Assembly (NCBI RefSeq): GCF_001564455.1
Contig: NZ_CP011391.1
Location: 660,001 to 692,000, forward strand
Reading direction: 5' to 3'
Origin: Faecalibaculum rodentium
GTDB taxonomy: Bacteria; Bacillota_I; Bacilli_A; Erysipelotrichales; Erysipelotrichaceae
Length of the DNA stretch: 32,000 bases
Position 1 is the first letter of the stretch; each line of letters opens with the position of its first letter. This document shows, one piece after another, positions 1-7,315 of the stretch. Both the position numbers and the translations under genes were made by a program. The notes beneath the pieces were generated by a model. The model saw nothing but the letters and a program-made list of their open reading frames with translations. It did no database searches and was not told the origin of the DNA.

Positions 1-2
1 CC

Positions 3-266
3 ATGGCTGACGCGGAAGCTGCAAAGGCAAAAGCAGAAAAGGAGATGGCGGATGCCAAAGCCGCTCTGGACAAATTCAACGAAGATGTGCGGTCAGGTCT
101 GGCAAAGGCCGGCGACAAGGCTGAAGTGGATGCCAAAGCCCTGCAGGCAAAGGCAGAAGCCGATCTGAAGAAGGCCCAGGCCGATATCGACAACCTGGCT
201 GACAAAACAAAAGCCAAGGTTGACGAACTGGGTGACAAAGTCAAGGACGCCTTTGACAAAAAGTAA
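3..266 (+). CDS. C-terminal part (or short whole ORF) of an Ala/Lys/Asp-rich, probably all-helical repeat protein; function unknown
   Basis: The ORF reaches the window edge and stops with TAA at 264-266. Translation is low-complexity A/K/D/E with a heptad-like pattern. A rho-independent terminator follows directly. Confidence 0.5.
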   Translation: MADAEAAKAKAEKEMADAKAALDKFNEDVRSGLAKAGDKAEVDAKALQAKAEADLKKAQADIDNLADKTKAKVDELGDKVKDAFDKK

Positions 267-288
267 ACAGATCCCGAATCTTACAATT

Positions 289-317
289 GCGGAGTGCCTG
301 ATGGTGCTCCGCTTTTT
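289..317 (+). terminator. Rho-independent terminator of the upstream gene; landing site of intron 1
   Basis: Stem GCGGAGTGC (289-297) / GTGCTCCGC (304-312, two G-U pairs), loop CTGATG, then TTTTT (313-317). Confidence 0.7.
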
Positions 318-319
318 CG

Positions 320-2291
320 GTGTGCCGGGCATGGTGCACTTCTAGCTGGTGAGAGTCCAGCCTCAACTTATCTGCCGGTAAGAGTAGAGAAACGCAAGCG
401 GACCTATGACTGTAAGGGGGTTCGTGAAAGAAGCGTGTATCAAAGTTCCGAACCTACGAACAGAAATCGGATATAAGGCTGTGGCGGCGGGAGAGGGCGC
501 CGATGTGTCTTAACCCAACAGGCAGACGTAGCCAAAGCAGTAAATCAGGAGGTCATGGAACGAAAGAAGTGCACCTTACCCCGGGAGGCCCTGTGGACAT
601 TCCCCATCTGTACTTCGTGAATCAGCCAAGAGGTGAGGTTCAAAGGCAGAGCAGAATGGTCGAAAACGGTTTGTCACAGGGAGTCAGCCAAGGTCGTAGT
701 AGTGTGGATAGCTTCTGTAATGGAAGAAGGAGCGAAGGACCGAACATGTCTATAGAGTTTCGGCTATATGACAACAGGACACCATTCCAGAAAGATCCTG
801 TCCAAAGCAGAAGGGAACGTAACCCGGAAGCGGCGGTCGCAAAAGGAATCAGGGAACAGGTGTCCGGTCTGAAAAGGATAGAAAGGAAACTGCAAGTATG
901 CCGAGAATGATCGAGAGGATCGCACATCCCGCCAATCTGGAAACAGCCTGCAGGAAGGTGAAAGCCAACAAAGGCAGTGCCGGAGTCGATGGGATGGGGG
1001 CGGAAGAACTGTCCGGATACATGGAGGCTCACAAGGAGGAGATCAGTAATGGTCTGCTGAAAGGGACCTATAAGCCCCAGCCTGCAAGAAGGGTCTATAT
1101 CCCCAAACCAAACGGGAAGAAAAGGCCCCTGGGCATCCCCACAGTCGTTGACAGGGTGATCCAGCAGGCAGTGAGTCAGCAGTTGTCGCAAGTCTATGAG
1201 CCAGTATTCAGCGAATACAGCTATGGATTCCGACCGGACAGGAGTGCCCAGCAGGCGGTCCTGCAAGCCATGGTCTACCTGAACGAAGGATATGACTGGA
1301 TCGTGGATCTGGACATAGAGAAGTTCTTTGACCGGGTGAATCAGGACAAGCTGATCTCCATCATCCGGGAACAGATGAATGAATCCGAAGTACTGGGACT
1401 CATTCGGAAATTCCTGAAAGCAGGAGTGATGGAGAATGGCGTGAAGCAGAAAACAGAGGAAGGAACGCCTCAGGGTGGCCCGCTGTCCCCGCTTCTGGCC
1501 AATATCTATCTGGACAAGTTCGACAAGGAGCTTGAAAAGAGAGGACTGCGATTCGTGAGGTATGCGGATGACTGCATCATCTTCACGAAGAGCGAAAAGG
1601 CGGCACACCGTGTGATGGCCAGTGTGATCAGCTGGCTGAAGCGGAAGCTGTTCCTGACAGCCAGCGCTGAGAAAACCAGAGTAGTGAGACCAACCAAAGG
1701 AAAGTTCCCTGGGTTCACATTCTGGAAAGGCAGCGATGGATGGAAGTGCAGGCCGCATGATGACAGCAAGAAACGCCTGAAGGAGAAGATCAGGAGCGTG
1801 ACTGTCCGCAGAAAAGCGGCGGCCATACCGCTGGCGGTCACATTCACGAGGATCAACCAGATCGTACGGGGATGGATCAACTACTACCGAATCGGTGCGA
1901 TGAGTATGTGGCTGAAGGAAACATTTGGCCCATGGATGAGGCACCGGGTGAGGGTAGTGATCCTGAAGCAGTGGAAGCACAGGGGAACGATTTTCACCAA
2001 CCTGTGGAAGCTCAATGGACGGATCAGCCACCCATTTCCCAAGTCATATGTCTTTGCGCAGAGCATGACGCACTGCGGCTGGTACAGACTGGGAAACAAC
2101 GAAGTGGTGAATATGATCCTGAACCCGCACATTCTCTCGTTGAAAAGAAAGGATCGGCCTGGACTGGTCGATCCCTGGAAATACTACTCTTGTGCATAAG
2201 TGTCATGTAGACATGAACCGCCGTATACGGATCCGTACGTACGGTGGTGTGAGAGGGAGGGGCAGAACTAACCTGTCTCTCCCTACTCTAT
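320..2291 (+). mobile_element. Group II intron, class C (IIC)-like, apparently complete (about 1.97 kb)
   Basis: The 5' end is GTGTG at 320, 2 nt after the terminator U-run. An internal RT/maturase ORF is present. A 34-nt domain V candidate lies at 2215-2248. Domain VI (GAGAGGGAG...CTCCCT-A-CTC) has a bulged A at 2285, 7 nt before the proposed 3' end TAT (2291). Homologous blocks are shared with the second intron at 7316-9224. Confidence 0.85.
898..2199 (+). CDS. Group II intron-encoded reverse transcriptase/maturase (no endonuclease domain)
   Basis: 433 aa. RT motifs KANKGSAGVDG, PQGGPLSPLLANIYL and RYADDCIIF are present, with the maturase-like RGWINYY. It is too short for a D/En extension. 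An RBS-like GAAAGGAAA lies upstream. Confidence 0.95.
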   Translation: MPRMIERIAHPANLETACRKVKANKGSAGVDGMGAEELSGYMEAHKEEISNGLLKGTYKPQPARRVYIPKPNGKKRPLGIPTVVDRVIQQAVSQQLSQVYEPVFSEYSYGFRPDRSAQQAVLQAMVYLNEGYDWIVDLDIEKFFDRVNQDKLISIIREQMNESEVLGLIRKFLKAGVMENGVKQKTEEGTPQGGPLSPLLANIYLDKFDKELEKRGLRFVRYADDCIIFTKSEKAAHRVMASVISWLKRKLFLTASAEKTRVVRPTKGKFPGFTFWKGSDGWKCRPHDDSKKRLKEKIRSVTVRRKAAAIPLAVTFTRINQIVRGWINYYRIGAMSMWLKETFGPWMRHRVRVVILKQWKHRGTIFTNLWKLNGRISHPFPKSYVFAQSMTHCGWYRLGNNEVVNMILNPHILSLKRKDRPGLVDPWKYYSCA

Positions 2292-2346
2292 GTTTGTGGC
2301 GAGGGTCATGGCGGTGAAGAGACGGATACACAGTGAGGACGCTGAC

Positions 2347-2373
2347 AGAACCGGATACAAAAAGATCCCGGAT
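2347..2373 (-). terminator. Candidate rho-independent terminator downstream of ssrA
   Basis: On the minus strand, CCCGGA-GAAA-TCCGGG is followed by ATCTTTTTG. It lies about 80 nt past the tmRNA CCA end. Confidence 0.55.
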
Positions 2374-2454
2374 TTCTCCGGGGTCCACAGTGACGATGGC
2401 CCAAATGTGACCATTCTTTAAGATAACTCGAACTGGTTTCGAGATGTATTCTCC

Positions 2455-2817
2455 TGGTGGAGGTGAGGAGAATCGAACTCCTGTCTGCACAGCGTCCCAC
2501 GATCCTGCCTCTACAGCTTAGTCCATCTTTGTACACTTCCTCTTACGGCATGGACAACCACAGAAGGAAGGTCTGGCGAAATTGTCGGTACCGCTGCCTG
2601 CCGGACAGCGGACTTAGTCATTCAGGTTTCTCACGCAATGACAGCTGATGACAGGCTGTCAAAGGGGCTGCAAGAGATAAGTACTCTTAAATTAAGCAGC
2701 AAAGGCCATCTGGCCGTAGTTGTTGTTTCTAGCGTTTCGCTTTAGGTTTGGTCTTTACGGAACCACCCGGCTGCAGCAGGATCCAGACATCTGTACATCG
2801 AATGCCTGAACACCCCC
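2455..2817 (-). ncRNA. ssrA: tmRNA (transfer-messenger RNA)
   Basis: The minus strand starts GGGGGTGTTCAGGCATTCGATG. It ends GGACGCTGTGCAGACAGGAGTTCGATTCTCCTCACCTCCACCA (T-arm, acceptor with a G3-U pair, CCA). The internal tag frame ends ...NNNYGQMAFAA-TAA (stop at 2692-2694). The gene lies immediately downstream of smpB. Confidence 0.9.
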
Positions 2818-3039
2818 ATGGACAAATATTTTAGCACAATAAACATCCTGTTGTCCATGGAATGCTCAGTAAAACCTGGCCGACAGTCCCCGACAGCCCG
2901 GACACATCCCGACATTCCCGCACTGTCCAGGCATTGCCAGCCGGTCTGGACCCTGAATCCACAGGAAGACTCTCTGCTCTGCAAAGACAGCCTGTATGCA
3001 ATCAACAAGGACAGGGAACAGGCCGCAGAAAAAGCCAGG

Positions 3040-3507
3040 TCAGTTCCGGATCCGGCTCTTCATGGCTTTCTCGATTTCACGCTTCGCATCCCTGGCCTTG
3101 GCGTTTTCCCGCTTGTCATGCAGGTCCCGGCCCTTTGCCAGCGCCACTTCCAGCTTTGCCAGCCCCTTTGACAGATACAGACGCACAGGAACCAGCGTAT
3201 ATCCCTTGATCCGTGTCGCCTGATCCAGCTTCAGGATCTCCCGCTTGTGCAGCAGCAGACTGCGGTCCCGTGTCTCATCGTGATTGAACCGGTTTCCAAA
3301 GGCATAGGGGGAAATATGCATCCCCTTGATCACAGCCTGCCCTTGGCGGATGGATACATAGCTGTCCTTCAAGTTCACCTTGCCCTGGCGGATGGACTTG
3401 ATTTCCGTTCCCTGAAGCACCAGGCCGCACTCATACCGGTCAAAGAGGTCATATTCGTGTCTTGCTTTGCGGTTGACCGCAATGGTTTTTTCTTTGCTCA
3501 TCTCCAT
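3040..3507 (-). CDS. smpB: SsrA-binding protein SmpB
   Basis: The translation MEMSKEKTIAVNRKARHEYDL...GTEIKSIRQGKVNLKDSY...LLLHKREI... is typical SmpB. The upstream part of the 199-aa ORF is not SmpB-like. The start could be ATG 3507 or ATG 3501. Confidence 0.9.
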   Translation of the reverse strand: MEMSKEKTIAVNRKARHEYDLFDRYECGLVLQGTEIKSIRQGKVNLKDSYVSIRQGQAVIKGMHISPYAFGNRFNHDETRDRSLLLHKREILKLDQATRIKGYTLVPVRLYLSKGLAKLEVALAKGRDLHDKRENAKARDAKREIEKAMKSRIRN

Positions 3508-3610
3508 TATCTTAACAAAACCGGTATCTGAACAAAACCGGCACCCTGCCAAAACCGTACAGCACCTCTGCTGCAGATGTGCAAAAGTGCAGAATGCCGG
3601 CTGCGGCCGC

Positions 3611-3657
3611 AAATCAAAAAGGCAGGAAGCAGCAGACAACTGTCTGCGCCCTGCCTC
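3611..3657 (-). terminator. Rho-independent terminator after the PurF-like gene
   Basis: On the minus strand, a long hairpin AGGCAGG...GCAGACAgtTGTCTGC...CCTGCCT is followed by TTTTGATTT. Confidence 0.6.
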
Positions 3658-3697
3658 TCATCGGCATATACAGGAATGGAGACTGAGAGTCAGTCCG

Positions 3698-5110
3698 TTA
3701 CTCCTCACCGTTCCAGCAATAGGTGCACAGAGACTCCCGGGGCAGGCCGATGGACTCGATCATGTCATCCAGCCGGTGGTACCGCAACGTCGTGAAATCA
3801 GACCGCCGGCGGATTTCCTCGCACATCGCGGCGTACTCCGGTGTATCCGGATCCGCATACCGCTTCAGCGTGGCTTCATCCGGCTCGCCGCCTTCCAGGT
3901 CGCGGATCACCCGCCGCGTGATGAGATCGTAGTCGGATGTGGACCGGGAAAAGTTCAGGTACTTGCATCCGTACATGATCGGCGGGCAGGCAGGCCGCAC
4001 ATGGACTTCCCGGGCACCGGAGTGATACAGGAATTCTGTGGTTTCCCCCAGCTGTGTTCCCCGGACGATGGAATCGTCAATGAGCAGGAGCCGCTGGTCC
4101 CTGATCAGGTCCTTGACCGGGATCAGCTTCATTTTCGCGATCATCGACCGCTGGCTCTGGTCGGTGGGCATGAACGACCTTGGCCAGGTAGGCGTGTACT
4201 TGATGAACGGCCTGGAAAACGGGATCTGCTTCTCGTTGGCATATCCCACCGCATGGGCTGTGCCGGAGTCCGGAACGCCAGCCACGCTGTCCACATCCAC
4301 AGTCGCATCGCGGCGGGCGAGGATCTGACCGCAGCGGTTTCTCATGACCTCTACATTGACGCCTTCATAGGTGCTCGTGGGATACCCGTAGTACACCCAG
4401 AGAAAAGAACAGATGCGCATATCCTTCTGCGGCTGCTGCATCACATTCAGACGCTCCGGAGTCACAAACACGATTTCCCCCGGGCCCAGGTCCATGACAT
4501 GTTCATACCCGAGGTTCAGGAACGCGCTGCTTTCAAACGTCACGCAATACCCCGACTCCTTGTGTCCGACGATCACAGGTGTCCGGCCGAGCCGGTCACG
4601 GCTGGCCCACAGGCCCTCCGGCGTCAGAAGCAGCACAGACAGCGAACCTTTGACCTTTTCCTGCACAAACTGCAGTCCTTCCAGAAAGGAATCCTTCAGG
4701 CTTATGAGGGCTGCCACCAGCTCCGTGGGATTGATCCCGCCGGAACTCATTTCCAGGAAATGCGTCATGCCGGCCTGGAAACACAGGTCCTTCAGCTCCT
4801 CCAGGTTGTTGATCCGGCCAACGGTCGTGATCGCAAAGCTTCCCAGATGAGAATGCATCAGCAGCGGCTGAGCCTCAAAGTCGGAAATGCATCCGATGCC
4901 CAGATTACCCCGGAACTTGGAGAGGTCTCTGTCAAATTTCGTCCGGAAGGGCGTGTTTTCAATGTTGTGAATCGCCCGCTCGAAGCCATGTTCCTTCCCG
5001 TATACGGCCATGCCCGCACGACGTGTGCCAAGGTGTGAATGATAATCGGTTCCGAAAAAGAGATCCAGAACGCAGCTTTGTGTGGAAGCCACACCAAAAA
5101 ATCCGCTCAT
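3698..5110 (-). CDS. Amidophosphoribosyltransferase (PurF)-like protein, class II GATase fold plus PRTase domain, lacking the N-terminal Cys
   Basis: 470 aa. PRPP-binding motif LLLIDDSIVRGTQ, PurF-like CSFLWVYYGYPTS, and a C-terminal CTYC. The N-terminus is MSGFFGV rather than MCG. The RBS GGGAGGA lies 7 nt upstream of ATG 5110. Confidence 0.85.
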   Translation of the reverse strand: MSGFFGVASTQSCVLDLFFGTDYHSHLGTRRAGMAVYGKEHGFERAIHNIENTPFRTKFDRDLSKFRGNLGIGCISDFEAQPLLMHSHLGSFAITTVGRINNLEELKDLCFQAGMTHFLEMSSGGINPTELVAALISLKDSFLEGLQFVQEKVKGSLSVLLLTPEGLWASRDRLGRTPVIVGHKESGYCVTFESSAFLNLGYEHVMDLGPGEIVFVTPERLNVMQQPQKDMRICSFLWVYYGYPTSTYEGVNVEVMRNRCGQILARRDATVDVDSVAGVPDSGTAHAVGYANEKQIPFSRPFIKYTPTWPRSFMPTDQSQRSMIAKMKLIPVKDLIRDQRLLLIDDSIVRGTQLGETTEFLYHSGAREVHVRPACPPIMYGCKYLNFSRSTSDYDLITRRVIRDLEGGEPDEATLKRYADPDTPEYAAMCEEIRRRSDFTTLRYHRLDDMIESIGLPRESLCTYCWNGEE

Positions 5111-5269
5111 ACTAATCCTCCCTGTCAGCAGTTCTTAAACCTTCATTACGCGCTCAGTGTATCGTATTCCGGCCGATGTTCCAAAAAAATTCGGTAAATT
5201 CTGTATACTTCAGGATAGAGTGACCTGTCCCCACTGCGGGCAGGCATCACCGCCAAGGAGGAACAAATC

Positions 5270-5782
5270 ATGCTTGAGGCAGGAACCATCGCACCGGATT
5301 TCACACTGGAGGACCAGGAGGGACAGCCGGTCACACTGAGCAGTTTCCGGGGCCGCCCCGTCATTCTCTATTTTTATCCCAAAGACAACACTTCGGGATG
5401 CACCACCCAGGCACAGGGCTATACAGAGCTGAAGCCTGGCTTTGACGCAAAGGATGCCGTGGTGATCGGCATTTCGAAGGACTCCCCGGCGAGCCACCGC
5501 CGGTTTATCGACAAACAGGGACTGGATCTGATCCTGCTCTCGGACCCCGACCACAAGGTGAACGAACTGTATGATGTATGGAAGGAAAAATCCATGTACG
5601 GGAAAAAGTACTTCGGGACAGTCCGTTCGAGTTTTCTGATCAGCCCCGAGGGCGTGATCCTGAAATCCGGTGAAAAAGTGAAGCCGAAACTGGATCCCGA
5701 AACCATGCTCAAGGCCCTGGATGCCCTGCAGGACACGCCCGGAGTCCCGGGCGCAGCAGGATCCGATGGAGACAACGCATGA
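5270..5782 (+). CDS. bcp: Thiol peroxidase / peroxiredoxin, Bcp type
   Basis: APDFTL...FYPKDNTSGCTTQA peroxidatic Cys motif; RBS AAGGAGGA upstream. Confidence 0.9.
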   Translation: MLEAGTIAPDFTLEDQEGQPVTLSSFRGRPVILYFYPKDNTSGCTTQAQGYTELKPGFDAKDAVVIGISKDSPASHRRFIDKQGLDLILLSDPDHKVNELYDVWKEKSMYGKKYFGTVRSSFLISPEGVILKSGEKVKPKLDPETMLKALDALQDTPGVPGAAGSDGDNA

Positions 5783-6261
5783 TCCGGGTGGATCCTTTCA
5801 CGCTGTTTGACAAACACTGGGCATTGCTGACAGCCGGAACAGCGGACCACTTCAACACCATGACCATCAGCTGGGGTATGCTCGGGACGCTCTGGAACAA
5901 ACCCGCTGCCACCGTGTATGTTCGGGAATCCCGGTATACACTTCCGTTCATGGAGGACTCCGACTGGTTCACCATTTCCTTTTTCGATGAATCTTTCAAA
6001 AAGGACCTGGGCATCCTGGGCAGTGTCTCGGGCCGGGACCAGGACAAGATTGCGATGACCCGGCTTCATCCGGTGGCTGCAGGGGAACAGGGCCAGGCCA
6101 TGGGGTTTGAGGAAGCCACAATGACGCTTGTCTGCCGGAAGCTGTACAGCCAGGGCATGGATCCCGGCGACATCCCGCAGGAAATCAAGGCCCGTTTTTA
6201 TGCCGATTTTGATTTTCACCGCATGTTTGTCGGGGAAGTTATGGAAGTGGAGGCACAGTGA
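5779..6261 (+). CDS. Flavin reductase-like (FMN-binding split-barrel) domain protein
   Basis: 160 aa. FNTMTISWGMLG...VYVRESRYT resembles the Flavin_Reduct family. ATGA overlap with bcp. Confidence 0.7.
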   Translation: MIRVDPFTLFDKHWALLTAGTADHFNTMTISWGMLGTLWNKPAATVYVRESRYTLPFMEDSDWFTISFFDESFKKDLGILGSVSGRDQDKIAMTRLHPVAAGEQGQAMGFEEATMTLVCRKLYSQGMDPGDIPQEIKARFYADFDFHRMFVGEVMEVEAQ

Positions 6262-7226
6262 CGGCGAAGACGGACTCACCCATCCAGACAGTGGGCATTG
6301 CCGGCCGTGGTGCCATTGGCCTGCTGTATGGCATGCAGATGCGTTCTGGTGGTGTGGAACCCTGGTACATTGCCGACGAAGAACGGATCTGGCGATATCG
6401 ACAGGACCCTGTTCCGGTCAACGGCATCCCGCAGACATTCCGGTATCTGCAGCCTGGCACCACCGGGAATGAATCTGCCGGGGACAGCCATGCGGGTCCG
6501 GCGCTGGATCTTGTTCTCATCATGACCAAGGCCTCGGGACTCGAGGGTGCCCTGGAGGAAATCGCCCCTTTTGTGGACGATCACACCATCATCCTGTCAT
6601 GCCTCAACGGCATCACCAGTGAGGAGATCGCCCGCGAACGATATCCCGGAAACACCATTCTGCGTACGATCGTGCAGGGGATGGATACGGTGTATCTCCA
6701 TGGAGAATGCCACTATTCCCACATCGGCGAAATCCTGACCGGGTCAGATGGACCGGGCCAGGAAACAGCCGTCCGGCAGGTGAAAGCCTTTTTCGATTCC
6801 ATCGGCATGCCCTGCCGCATCTGTGAGGACATTGTCCGGGAGCAGTGGAACAAGCTGATGCTCAACTGCGGCGTAAACCAGATCTGTGCGGTGTATGGCT
6901 GCGGCTATGCAGGTGCGGTCGGGGAGCACCGGGAGCTGTTTGTGCGGGTGATGGAAGAAGTCCGGCAGGTGGCACTGGCCAGGGGCATCCACCTTGGGAC
7001 AGAGGATATTGACCGGTGGCTGACGGTGTGCGAAGCACTGGATGGTGCCTCCATGCCAAGCATGGCCCAGGATATCCGGGCAGGCAGACACACGGAACTG
7101 TGTCTGTTCTCCGGAACGGTGGTGCCGATGGCCGGGATTCTGGGGATCCCGGTGCCGGAACTGTCCCGGCTCCAGGACCAGATCCTGGCGCTGGAAGCAG
7201 GCATGGAACAGCCGTCCCGGCCCTGA
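6258..7226 (+). CDS. 2-dehydropantoate 2-reductase family (ApbA/PanE) oxidoreductase
   Basis: N-terminal Rossmann motif VGIAGRGAIG and C-terminal WNKLMLNCGVNQICAV ApbA_C-like block. The GTG start overlaps the preceding stop (GTGA). Confidence 0.8.
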   Translation: MTAKTDSPIQTVGIAGRGAIGLLYGMQMRSGGVEPWYIADEERIWRYRQDPVPVNGIPQTFRYLQPGTTGNESAGDSHAGPALDLVLIMTKASGLEGALEEIAPFVDDHTIILSCLNGITSEEIARERYPGNTILRTIVQGMDTVYLHGECHYSHIGEILTGSDGPGQETAVRQVKAFFDSIGMPCRICEDIVREQWNKLMLNCGVNQICAVYGCGYAGAVGEHRELFVRVMEEVRQVALARGIHLGTEDIDRWLTVCEALDGASMPSMAQDIRAGRHTELCLFSGTVVPMAGILGIPVPELSRLQDQILALEAGMEQPSRP

Positions 7227-7275
7227 CTGCATCCTGATGCAGTCAGGATCCAGGCCACTATACAGGAAAAGCAAA

Positions 7276-7314
7276 GGCAGCAGCCCGAATGGCATCGGAC
7301 TGCTGCCTGTTTTT
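7276..7314 (+). terminator. Rho-independent terminator of the bcp operon; landing site of intron 2
   Basis: Stem GGCAGCAG (7276-7283) / CTGCTGCC (7300-7307), then TGTTTTT (7308-7314). Confidence 0.75.
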
Positions 7315-7315
7315 C

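Noticed and set aside
640-2031. 463-aa ORF on the minus strand, antisense to the intron 1 RT gene
   Set aside because: It is a shadow ORF of a GC-rich coding region. The translation is low-complexity with no recognisable motifs and no RBS, and the + strand ORF has unambiguous RT motifs.
2357-2372. The same hairpin core CCGGAGAAATCCGGG occurs downstream of ssrA (minus strand) and after rpsR (28148-28163), considered as a dispersed repeat (REP/MITE-like)
   Set aside because: Only ~15 nt are shared and the flanks are unrelated. A short GC stem with a GAAA loop is a common terminator design, so this is most likely coincidence.
266-2455. Genomic island integrated at the 3' end of ssrA
   Set aside because: No integrase is present and there is no direct repeat of the tmRNA 3' end (GAGTTCGATTCTCCTCACCTCCACCA) in the window. 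The only foreign element is the intron, which targets the other gene's terminator.
3467-5038. 523-aa ORF on the + strand, antisense to the PurF-like gene
   Set aside because: Arg/Pro/His-rich shadow ORF typical of the antisense frame in GC-rich genes. The opposite strand encodes a clearly homologous enzyme.
7222-7247. Perfect 11-bp hairpin CCTGACTGCAT-cctg-ATGCAGTCAGG overlapping the stop of the panE-family gene, considered as the intron 2 target or a terminator
   Set aside because: It has no U-run and lies ~68 nt from the insertion point. The second hairpin (7276-7314) has the U-run and abuts the intron. It may still stabilise the mRNA 3' end, but I cannot support a specific role.
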